From an uncultured Dehalococcoidales bacterium (GTDB lineage: Bacteria > Chloroflexota > Dehalococcoidia > Dehalococcoidales > CAYFFA01), in the NCBI GenBank assembly GCA_964342375.1, contig CAYFFA010000001.1, positions 1-48,652 on the forward strand: a DNA stretch of 48,652 nucleotides, given 5' to 3'. Position numbers and translations under genes: made by a program. Numbering within the stretch: the first letter of the stretch is position 1; each line of letters begins with the position of its first letter. Positions 19,118 to 26,899 of the stretch are shown piece after piece. The notes under the pieces are model-generated. The model ran no database searches. It worked only from the letters and a program-made list of their open reading frames with translations, and was not told where the DNA came from.

Positions 19118-19996
19118 TTATTCTTTAGAAACGTCTCTTTCTCTGAACGGAATTTGAATCGGCAAGTCCTTAGTATTCAATTTAAAGGTTTTCATCAAGT
19201 CAATCGCATTGTGCGGTGCGTATCCCTGCCAGTGGTTATTAAAAAAGACAAAGGTCATATTAGTCTGTTCGTCAGTGACCTTCACTCTGTTGGCAAGCTC
19301 TTCTATTTCGTCCGGTGAATATAGATACTTATACCGTGTTTCACTATCACCTTTCCACCACGTCTCTGCGTTCCGTCCATGAAAGCGGAAGTAAGCCATG
19401 TCTGATGTCAACGGCAAGTCCTTTGCGAGCGAGGATTCAAATTTTGGTTCATCAATCTGCACCCAAGACACATTATTTTCCTTTAGCAACCGGGCGATGT
19501 TTTCATCGTTGCTCCAACTGCGGTGCCTTAATTCAATAGCCAACCTGTATTGACCAAATATATCCATGACCATGCTTAATATCTGTTGCCCATAGCCATC
19601 ATTCTCAAAACTTGGTGGAAATTGAGCGAGTAGAACACCCAGTTTTTCGTATTTCAGCAACGGCTCAATACTATAATTGAAAAGGTCAACATCTTTTTGG
19701 GATATTACGGCTTCTCTTCCAGTCGCTTCTTTATACATCTCGGGATGAGTAAATTTCTGCCACAACTTCACAGTAAAGAGAAAGTCTTTCGGGACTCTAC
19801 GCACCCAGTTATAAACATACCCGGGATTTGGCAGTCTATAGAATGAACTATTAATTTCAACCGTATTAAAAAACTGGCTATAATATTCAAGCTCATTTAC
19901 CTTACCTCTGGGGTAGAAATATTCGGTCCACGTGCCTTCACCTTTGGGGTAAGACCATCCTGATGTGCCGATATAAAGTCTAGCTAAGTTGGTCAT
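19118..19996 (-). CDS. DUF72 (YecE/UPF0759) family protein
   Basis: 292 aa. It has LYIGTSGWSYPKGEG, YYSQFFNTVEINSSFYRLP, the FTVKL...F..HP pattern, RHRSW and YFRFHGRN, all typical of DUF72. Confidence 0.8.
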   Translation of the reverse strand: MTNLARLYIGTSGWSYPKGEGTWTEYFYPRGKVNELEYYSQFFNTVEINSSFYRLPNPGYVYNWVRRVPKDFLFTVKLWQKFTHPEMYKEATGREAVISQKDVDLFNYSIEPLLKYEKLGVLLAQFPPSFENDGYGQQILSMVMDIFGQYRLAIELRHRSWSNDENIARLLKENNVSWVQIDEPKFESSLAKDLPLTSDMAYFRFHGRNAETWWKGDSETRYKYLYSPDEIEELANRVKVTDEQTNMTFVFFNNHWQGYAPHNAIDLMKTFKLNTKDLPIQIPFRERDVSKE

Positions 19997-20089
19997 TTAC
20001 TATATTCCCCTTAACCATATGATAGCAAAACGCTGAATCCATCACCAGACACTTATTCATAAGCTATGGCGCCTGGTGACAAAATACCC

Positions 20090-20119
20090 TTGACAGTAGC
20101 ACATATGTTCTGATATATT
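20090..20119 (+). promoter_or_regulatory. Promoter with embedded LexA-type (Cheo-box-like) palindrome upstream of the 82-aa ORF and dnaE2
   Basis: TTGACA (20090-20095), an 18-nt spacer, then TATATT (20114-20119). The spacer contains AGCACATATGTTCT (20098-20111), one mismatch from the perfect palindrome AGAAC-ATAT-GTTCT. This fits the CGAAC-N4-GTTCG class of LexA operators used by Gram-positives and reported for Dehalococcoides. Confidence 0.5.
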
Positions 20120-20150
20120 GTAGCTCCCCCCTATCTTCGGAGTTAAGATA

Positions 20151-20399
20151 ATGTCAAAGCTTATTGGTGAACCTGTCAAAGTGCATAGAAATGGAGCCTC
20201 AGCTTTAACTGCCTTCATATGGAGAAGGCGTCTCTATAGAGTGGTTGAAGTTCTTAGCTGGTGGCGGGAACCATCAAAGTGGTGGAATGGGGAAGGAATA
20301 CGACTCTTTGTTCGTGTCAATGCCAGAAATTCCAGCATAGGAACTTACGAACTCTATAAACTTGGAGAGGAGTGGTTTCTCTATAGATACTTCGACTAG
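20151..20399 (+). CDS. Small Trp-rich protein, possible stand-alone ImuB-C-terminal/DUF6504-like accessory factor of DnaE2
   Basis: 82 aa, ending 10 nt before the dnaE2 start. The sequence is ...LYRVVEVLSWWREPSKWWNGEGIRLFVRVNARNSSIGTYELYKLGEEWFLYRYFD. From memory, the WW...R.F.RV...G...L......WFL motif resembles the extreme C-terminus of ImuB-type proteins. This was not verified. Confidence 0.55.
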   Translation: MSKLIGEPVKVHRNGASALTAFIWRRRLYRVVEVLSWWREPSKWWNGEGIRLFVRVNARNSSIGTYELYKLGEEWFLYRYFD

Positions 20400-20408
20400 G
20401 GTTCAATA

Positions 20409-23400
20409 ATGAGCTTTATTCACCTTCATGTCCATTCTCAATACAGCTTTCTTGATGGAGCCGCTTCCTTAGATAGACTCTTGGAAAAGGCAAAGGCGTT
20501 AGATATGCCTGCCCTGGCCCTCACCGACCATAACAGGTTAACAGGTGCTATCAGGTTCTATGAGAAAGCCAGAGCTATCGGTATAAAACCAATCATAGGT
20601 TCTGAAATTAATTTAGAGACTGGCCACCATCTCACGCTTCTGTGCAAGGACAATAAAGGCTACTCCAATCTATGTCGGTTACTGACTGAGGCCCATCTAT
20701 CCAATAAGGGCAGAAAGCCCGCTGTAACCAAGGAGATGCTACAAAAGCTCAAGGCTGGGCTAATCGTTTTATCTGGATGCACTAAAGGTGAGATACCCAC
20801 ATTAATTGACATGGGCGAAACCGAAACAGCCAGAGAAATAGCGAATTCTTACAGAGAAGTCTATGGGGGCAATTTTTTTGTTGAGCTCATCCGTCATCCA
20901 TCTAAGGATGGAATGCTCGGTAGCTACAGACTTGCTACCTTTGCCAGAGAGGAGGGTCTACCTATAGTGGCCACCAACAATGTTCACTGCACAGAAATGG
21001 AAGAGTATGAAATCAAGGAATTGCTTAATGCCATAGGTCGAAATACCCCCGTCTCCCAGTTAGAAGACCATCGAACTGTTGAGCAATACCTTAAATCACA
21101 GAAGGAGATGGCTAAGCTCTTCAAGGACTTCCCTGAGGCTATAGACGCGACAGTAGAGATTGCTTCCAGATGTAATTTGGGGTTAGAGTTGGGCAAACCC
21201 CGCTTCTCCAAGTTTGATACTCCCAATGGTAATACTGACTACGGCTACCTATCGAAGTTGGCTTTGGCAGGAGCTTTAAATAAGTATGGCTCAATAACGC
21301 CAAATATTAAGAATCGCCTGGAGAACGAGCTTATAACAATCAAGAGCCTTGGTTTTTGCAGTTATTTTCTGGTAGTTTGGGATATAGTTCAATGGGCGAG
21401 GAGACGCGGCATAAAATGCCAGGCAAGAGGGAGTGCAGTAGATAGCCTGGTGGTCTATGCACTGGATATTAGCACCGTTGACCCTATTGAGTATGACCTT
21501 CTCTTTGAACGCTTCCTGCATCCCTTGAGAAGTGACCCTCCCGATATCGATTTGGATATTGACCGGAGACGCAGGGATGAAGTGCGAGACTACATATATC
21601 AAAAATATGGTGCCGAAAATGTTGCCTGTGTGGGAACCATCAACACCTACATGGCTAGGGGGGCTATTCGAGACACCGGCAAAGCTCTACAAATACCACA
21701 GGAGATAATTCAAGAGGCCTGTAAAAGCATCCACTACTTATCTACTTCAAAACTCCTCGAATACGCTGATTCTCTGCCTGAATTAAAGAAACGCACCATT
21801 TACAGCAGACCTGAGCTTGCTAAACTGTTTGAACTATGTGTTGCCATAGATGGGTTCCCCAAATATCTATCTGTTCATCTTGGGGGAATGCTTATTGGGG
21901 ACGGCAGGCTTGCTGACTTAGTGCCTCTTGAAAGGTCTAGTGGTGGAGATATTATCAGCCAGTATGATAAGAATGATATTGAGAAGCTCGGTATTGTCAA
22001 AATGGATTTACTGGCACTCCCAACCCTTACCGTTATCGAAGATACGCTTACTAACATTAAGAAGAGTCGTGGCGTTGATGTTGATTTAGATAAAATACCA
22101 AGAGATGACCCTGAGGCCTTTGCTATGCTACGTGATGGGAAGACAATCGGCATTTTCCAACTGGAATCACCAGCGCAGAGAGAAATGGCAGGGAGGCTAC
22201 TACCAAACCGTTTTGAAGACATTATCGTTTCTATTTCCTTGGTCCGGCCAGGACCTCTCAAGTCTAATATGGACAAGGTCTATCTTCCCCGGAGACACGG
22301 TAACGAACAGGTTACCTATCTTCATCCCAAACTTAAAAATGCCCTTGGAGAGACCTTGGGGGTTATACTGTACCAGGAGCAGGTATTAAAGGTTGCCCAC
22401 GACCTAGCTGGAATGAGTTATGCTGAAGCAGCCGGTTTCCGCCGGGCCATGACACATGACCGCACCGAAGAAGATATGGAGAAAATGCGGGACTCCTTTA
22501 TTTCCAGTACTGTTAGAAATGGTGTAAGCAGGGGTATCGCAAAGGAGATATTTGAGCAACTGGCTGCCTTTGCTGCTTACGGATTCTGCAAAGCCCATGC
22601 TGCCGTCTACGCTGTCATTGCTTACCAAACCCTCTGGCTGAAGTGCCATTATCCGGCTGAATTTTTTGCTGCAGTCTTGTCCAATCAACCGGTGGGATAC
22701 TATCCACCACGTGTCCTAGTCGACGATGCGAAAAGGTTTGGAGTTAAAGTGCTACCTATTGATATTAACTGTTCCTTTGGCGATTATATCGTAGAAGATG
22801 ATGCTATAAGGATTAGTCTCAGGCAGTTAAAAGGAATGTCGGAAGAAGCACTGGAATCTATATTATCGAAAAGAGCTAAGAATGAGTTTAATTCGTTAAG
22901 GGACTTTGTCCTGAGAACGAATGTAAGTCTGCTCACCACTGAGAACCTCATCAAGGTTGGCGCTTTTGATTCGTTTGGCAATAGAGCGGAACTGCTTTTG
23001 CAGCTTCATAAACTAGGAAACCTCAAGCACAAAATAGGCAAGGGGGCAAGACCTCTGTTCGATGATTCTAAGCCAAAGTTGGAACCAACAGATAGGACTC
23101 ATTACCATGATAACAAAGCAAGGGTGCTTATTGAGAGAGAACTGTTGTCTCTAAGTTTATCAGCACATCCCTTAGATTTCTACACTTTTGATAACGGGAT
23201 AACAAAGATGAAAGACCTGTCTTCCATAGCTACAGGTAAGACTATTAAGATTGCCGGCTCTGTAATTCGTTATCAAACCCCACCTACCAGGAATGGCAAC
23301 AGAGTAATCTACGTGATAATGGAGGATGGGACTGGCATAGCTGATATAACCGTGTTTGGTGACGTCCAAGAGAAGTGTGGAGAGGTCTTATTTCGAGAAG

Positions 23401-23516
23401 GCTGGTTGATGGTGAAAGGGAAAGTGCAGAGAAGAGGGCCAAAATCAACCACAATCATTGCTGAGGATTTGTCTCCCCTGAACAAAAAATCATACTTTGC
23501 AAATAGCAGTTGTTAA
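20409..23516 (+). CDS. dnaE2: Error-prone DNA polymerase, DnaE2/ImuC type
   Basis: 1035 aa. It has a PHP N-terminus (FIHLHVHSQYSFLDGAASL, ALALTDHN), the pol III alpha core (PPDIDLDI, LSVHLGGM) and an OB fold near the C-terminus, but no tau-binding tail. It is the second DnaE paralog in the window and visibly lower in GC than dnaE. Confidence 0.85.
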   Translation: MSFIHLHVHSQYSFLDGAASLDRLLEKAKALDMPALALTDHNRLTGAIRFYEKARAIGIKPIIGSEINLETGHHLTLLCKDNKGYSNLCRLLTEAHLSNKGRKPAVTKEMLQKLKAGLIVLSGCTKGEIPTLIDMGETETAREIANSYREVYGGNFFVELIRHPSKDGMLGSYRLATFAREEGLPIVATNNVHCTEMEEYEIKELLNAIGRNTPVSQLEDHRTVEQYLKSQKEMAKLFKDFPEAIDATVEIASRCNLGLELGKPRFSKFDTPNGNTDYGYLSKLALAGALNKYGSITPNIKNRLENELITIKSLGFCSYFLVVWDIVQWARRRGIKCQARGSAVDSLVVYALDISTVDPIEYDLLFERFLHPLRSDPPDIDLDIDRRRRDEVRDYIYQKYGAENVACVGTINTYMARGAIRDTGKALQIPQEIIQEACKSIHYLSTSKLLEYADSLPELKKRTIYSRPELAKLFELCVAIDGFPKYLSVHLGGMLIGDGRLADLVPLERSSGGDIISQYDKNDIEKLGIVKMDLLALPTLTVIEDTLTNIKKSRGVDVDLDKIPRDDPEAFAMLRDGKTIGIFQLESPAQREMAGRLLPNRFEDIIVSISLVRPGPLKSNMDKVYLPRRHGNEQVTYLHPKLKNALGETLGVILYQEQVLKVAHDLAGMSYAEAAGFRRAMTHDRTEEDMEKMRDSFISSTVRNGVSRGIAKEIFEQLAAFAAYGFCKAHAAVYAVIAYQTLWLKCHYPAEFFAAVLSNQPVGYYPPRVLVDDAKRFGVKVLPIDINCSFGDYIVEDDAIRISLRQLKGMSEEALESILSKRAKNEFNSLRDFVLRTNVSLLTTENLIKVGAFDSFGNRAELLLQLHKLGNLKHKIGKGARPLFDDSKPKLEPTDRTHYHDNKARVLIERELLSLSLSAHPLDFYTFDNGITKMKDLSSIATGKTIKIAGSVIRYQTPPTRNGNRVIYVIMEDGTGIADITVFGDVQEKCGEVLFREGWLMVKGKVQRRGPKSTTIIAEDLSPLNKKSYFANSSC

Positions 23517-23546
23517 TAGAAGGCTCAGTATGTAGAATAAACTTAG

Positions 23547-23819
23547 TTTGATTCATTAAGAGTAACAGATAATAATTTTGTTGAGGTTCATCACTTGATC
23601 CCCAAGGCATTCCAAGATGATTTTAATTATAGCCTTGATGTCCCTGCTAATATAATAGCCGTATGTCCTAACTGTCATCGACGGTTACATCATACTAAGA
23701 TGAGCCAAATAGCGGAAGTTGTCCAGCAAATATATAGTGATAGACCAACTGCATTACACCAGGCAGGTATATTTGTACCGGTAGATAAGTTATTTAATTA
23801 TTATAAATTAGATAGTTAG
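23547..23819 (+). pseudogene. C-terminal fragment of an HNH endonuclease
   Basis: The frame is open from 23547 and reads ...NNFVEVHHLIPKAF...NIIAVCPNCHRRLHH. That is the His-Asn-His core, but the upstream Cys pair and N-terminal domain are missing. There is no credible start, so the TTG at 23595 in the track is arbitrary. Confidence 0.6.
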
Positions 23820-23934
23820 ATATTTTATTGAGCTGAAGTCTGGTTTCACGAGTATTGTAATAGCAAATAATATTTCCCTAAATGGGTTCCTACTACATTG
23901 GAAAAAGTATCTCTTGGCCTGTATAATCTATGTT

Positions 23935-24264
23935 ATGAAAGATGATTTAAAACAAATTCTTGAATTTGAGCACCAACGAGACTGGAAACAGTTTCATACA
24001 CCGAAGAATCTTGCCATATCCCTAGTGTTGGAAGCCGGGGAAGCCCTCGAAATATTTCAATGGTCTAAGGATGGTGATCTCCCCGCTGATAGACAAGTCG
24101 AGTTAGGAGAAGAACTGGCGGATATTTATTACTATTTACTTCTATTGGCGCATGAAACAGGCCTGGATATTCAGGGAGAGTTCCAAAAGAAAATGAAAAT
24201 AAACGCTGCCAAATATCCAGTAGATAAATCTAAAGGTAACTCACGCAAATACGATCGACTTTAA
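23935..24264 (+). CDS. MazG-like nucleotide pyrophosphohydrolase (DCTPP1/YpjD-like)
   Basis: It reads MKDDLKQILEFEHQRDWKQFHTPKNLAISLVLEAGEALEIFQW...LGEELADIYYYLLLLA...NAAKYP. A TTGGAA-18-TATAAT promoter ends 7 nt before the ATG, so the mRNA may be leaderless. Confidence 0.8.
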   Translation: MKDDLKQILEFEHQRDWKQFHTPKNLAISLVLEAGEALEIFQWSKDGDLPADRQVELGEELADIYYYLLLLAHETGLDIQGEFQKKMKINAAKYPVDKSKGNSRKYDRL

Positions 24265-24273
24265 CTCATCGTA

Positions 24274-24639
24274 TTACATATCTCTGCAGAGGTTTAATTC
24301 ATCAGAAAAGACGAAGAGAAACGTCTCCCTGTCCATACCAGCAGAATTTACATGTGTCACACGTGGTTTTATCAATATCATAGCGGCATTGAAAGGCTTC
24401 ACCTGTCCGCCCGTGCCTTTCACCGCATACTCAAACTGGGTCGCACTACCGCCGACCTGGAAAATGTTGATATAATCAAAGCCCACCACCTGGCTGAAGC
24501 CATCCAGTATAGACCAAGAAATTTGGTATAAGCCAAAGCAGATATACGGGAAGACAGCACCTTCCGAACCCTGCCGAAAAGGACGGATGAATGTGGTGCT
24601 GGTAGGGGAGGAGCTGGGCATATAGATAGCGTAAGACAT
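24274..24639 (-). CDS. Hypothetical protein (121 aa), no family recognised
   Basis: Protein-like composition (…[40 protein letters not shown]…). There is no clear RBS, and an alternative-frame ORF overlaps it. Confidence 0.4.
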   Translation of the reverse strand: MSYAIYMPSSSPTSTTFIRPFRQGSEGAVFPYICFGLYQISWSILDGFSQVVGFDYINIFQVGGSATQFEYAVKGTGGQVKPFNAAMILIKPRVTHVNSAGMDRETFLFVFSDELNLCRDM

Positions 24640-24701
24640 GGCATATTTACCAGTCTGGTGTTACAATGAAGCGAAGTAAGCTTAAAAAAGGAGGGCTAGT
24701 C

Positions 24702-24959
24702 TTGTTTCCAGCAGAGAATCTGGGTTTTGTAGCAGGAGCACTTGTATCATGCAGCCTTATTCCCCAGATAATCCGTGTCTTTAAGCTTAGAAGCGCCCAC
24801 GAGATAAGCATGCTTTTTACCAGCTTGCTTCTGACAGGCATCATTATCTGGTTAGCCTACGGAATTTCTCTGGGGCTCACCCCGGTCATCCTGTGGAATG
24901 CAATCGGAGCTATTCCTGTGGCGATGCTTCTATATGCAAAGCTAAAGTACGGGAAATAA
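24702..24959 (+). CDS. SemiSWEET / PQ-loop sugar transporter (3-TM half-transporter)
   Basis: About 85 aa from the TTG at 24702, which sits 7 nt after AGGAGGG. It has three TM helices and a PQ motif in TM1 (SLIPQIIRVFKLRSAHEIS). An extended -10 element TGtTACAAT lies at 24659-24667. Confidence 0.75.
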   Translation: MFPAENLGFVAGALVSCSLIPQIIRVFKLRSAHEISMLFTSLLLTGIIIWLAYGISLGLTPVILWNAIGAIPVAMLLYAKLKYGK

Positions 24960-24960
24960 C

Positions 24961-24985
24961 AGCCCAGAGTGGGGCTTACTTTTTT
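24961..24985 (+). terminator. Rho-independent terminator candidate after the SemiSWEET gene
   Basis: AGCCC-agagtg-GGGCT (24961-24976) followed by TACTTTTTT. Confidence 0.45.
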
Positions 24986-25016
24986 AAGCTCCGCCAGACG
25001 AATTCAGAGGAGAAAA

Positions 25017-25517
25017 ATGATACTATCTAAATTGAATAAAAGATACATAAATCCTGTCCTTATAATTATTCTGCTTGTCGTGCTGTCCGGGACAATTACT
25101 GGATGTGAATATTTCGAGGAGTTGATCCCGCCACCTCCGGAAGACGGGAGAAGTACAGTGGTGGAAGCGCATCGCCCCGCTGTCAAAACCACCGACCGGG
25201 CTATCCTGGCAGTTTATCAACACCTTCTCAGTAAAGCTGGGGGCTACAGGGCGAAAGCATACCTTGCCAGCTTCTATACCGCAAGTGATAACTGGAGTGC
25301 TGAGTTGGATGTTTTTAAGGATGGAACCAGCGTATGGCATATCGTTGTTGATATGACATCCGTCGAGGTGTGGGAAGAGGAATCTTACTGGCAACAGGCT
25401 AGCTGGTTCATACTTTCAGATGGCAAAGTGATACCATCCAATCGCCTCAACACCAATGCTCTTAGGATTGAGGCTGACCTGCAAAAGCTAAGCCTCCCGC
25501 CACAGTTGAAGCCATAA
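25017..25517 (+). CDS. Hypothetical lipoprotein
   Basis: The ATG at 25017 follows GAGGAGAAAA. The signal peptide has a lipobox (LLVVLSGTITGC). I recognised no family. Confidence 0.6.
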   Translation: MILSKLNKRYINPVLIIILLVVLSGTITGCEYFEELIPPPPEDGRSTVVEAHRPAVKTTDRAILAVYQHLLSKAGGYRAKAYLASFYTASDNWSAELDVFKDGTSVWHIVVDMTSVEVWEEESYWQQASWFILSDGKVIPSNRLNTNALRIEADLQKLSLPPQLKP

Positions 25518-25850
25518 CTAAAATAGATTACCCCTTCTTCCGCGCAGAGAGTGGCCTAGCCGCTTTATCGCTGTAGCAAGCTCAAGACCTCTGCATTCTG
25601 CCCGTGCCTATTCCTATTCGGTAACTTCACCTTGAGTGTGCGTACCATAGCCGGACTTTCATATCGATGACATAATTGCGTGCTTATCCAAAACAAACTC
25701 CCTCCAGCACCCTCCGGAAACCCGCCAAGTCGGGCTATCCAATGGTAAGTGCTTGGGCAGCATAAATCAACTGCCGAATATCCGGGTATTGACAAAGATT
25801 ATCCATTCCCTTAGAGTGTCCGTTATTAAAGCTAACGGAGGTAACGGCCA

Positions 25851-26513
25851 ATGGAGTTATTGGAAGGAATTGAAACGAGGAGAAGTCTTCGTGCCTTCAC
25901 ATCCACTCCCGTTCCCGAAGAAATAGTGGGGAAAATTCTAAAAGCAGTCAGCAAAAGTCCCTCTTATACAAACACACAACCCTGGGAAGTCGCAGTAGTA
26001 AGCGGCAATAAGAAAGAGGGGCTCGCTAGAATCCTTTCTGATTTGTGGAAATCGGAAGTCGCTCCAAATCCTGATCTTCCCCTGCCCAAGACCTGGCCAC
26101 CCGAGTTGGATAGCAGGGTAAAAGAACATAGTGCGAGTAGGTTTAAGGCTCTCGGGGTAGAGCGAGGGGATGACCAGCACATGAGGGAACTGCGATTACA
26201 GAACTTTAAGTTTTTTGGAGCACCATGCGGTCTTTTCCTATTTATGGACAGTACGCTTACCCCATGGTCGATATTCGATATGGGAGTATTCGCCCAGAGT
26301 ATCCAGCTGGCTGCCCACTCTTTCGGTATTGGCAGCTGTCTGCAGGCAATGCTTGTTAATTATCCAGACGCCGTTCGTGAATTTTTAGGGATACCAAAAA
26401 CCAAGCAGTTAATTATTGGAATCTCAATAGGTTATCCAGATTATGAAGCAAGAATAAATGCTTACCAAAGTACGAGGATGAGTGTAGATGACTTCGTGCA
26501 ATGGTATTCTTGA
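25851..26513 (+). CDS. Nitroreductase-family FMN oxidoreductase
   Basis: 220 aa. It has IETRRSLRAF near the N-terminus, SPSYTNTQPW, and the conserved C-terminal layout of the NfsB/NADH oxidase-like fold. Confidence 0.8.
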   Translation: MELLEGIETRRSLRAFTSTPVPEEIVGKILKAVSKSPSYTNTQPWEVAVVSGNKKEGLARILSDLWKSEVAPNPDLPLPKTWPPELDSRVKEHSASRFKALGVERGDDQHMRELRLQNFKFFGAPCGLFLFMDSTLTPWSIFDMGVFAQSIQLAAHSFGIGSCLQAMLVNYPDAVREFLGIPKTKQLIIGISIGYPDYEARINAYQSTRMSVDDFVQWYS

Positions 26514-26667
26514 AGAATCACCCCGCTATTATTGAGGTGCCTTAACCGCTTTTATGCTCCATGACCAATTTGTGCGTCAATGCCGCTGACGGTACACACA
26601 ATTCCGCCAAAACTATGGTCGCCAACACGCCGCAACCCTCCGTCGCGCCTCTTTTTAGATACAAAAG

Positions 26668-26741
26668 TGGGCCATCCTGGGCTCGAACCAGGGACCTCAG
26701 TCTTATCAGGACTGCGCTCTAACCAGCTGAGCTAATGGCCC
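26668..26741 (-). tRNA. tRNA-Ile (anticodon GAU)
   Basis: The minus strand reads GGGCCAT-T-AGCTCAGCTGGTTAGAGCG-CAGTC-CTGATAA-GACTG-AGGTC-CCTGG-TTCGAGC-CCAGG-ATGGCCC-A. This folds into a complete cloverleaf with a 7-bp acceptor stem, anticodon loop CU-GAU-AA and a T-loop TTCGAGC. CCA is not encoded. Confidence 0.93.
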
Positions 26742-26899
26742 GCAAATCACATCTAATTCTACGTCAGGGATAAGGAAAAATCAAGCCCCAAGCCAAATAT
26801 ACACCCGTCAACAGTCTCCATGGCTCATCTTCCCGCTCAGCGCCGGGGACTATACGTTTATATTTTTTAATATGGTACAATTACGTGGAGGAGGAGAAA

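Noticed and set aside
25565-25795. 76-aa minus-strand ORF from the track
   Set aside because: It has odd composition, no RBS and no recognisable motif, and it lies in a structured GC-rich spacer. It is probably non-coding.
25560-25800. RNase P RNA or another known ncRNA on the minus strand, prompted by a GAAAGTCCGG match (about 25651-25660) to the RNase P CR-I box
   Set aside because: Only about 130 nt remain between the motif and the neighbouring gene. The other universally conserved RNase P blocks (for example ACAGAAxxCGGCTTA and GGTAAGAGCGCACC-like regions) are absent. I also saw no tmRNA, SRP, cobalamin, TPP or FMN riboswitch cores. The interval is kept only as an unexplained region.
26514-26667. 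Possible terminator or att site, or a small ORF (about 36 codons, minus strand) directly 3' of tRNA-Ile
   Set aside because: I found no convincing hairpin with a U-tract, and no repeat of the tRNA 3' end elsewhere in the window by eye. The short ORF has no RBS or motif.
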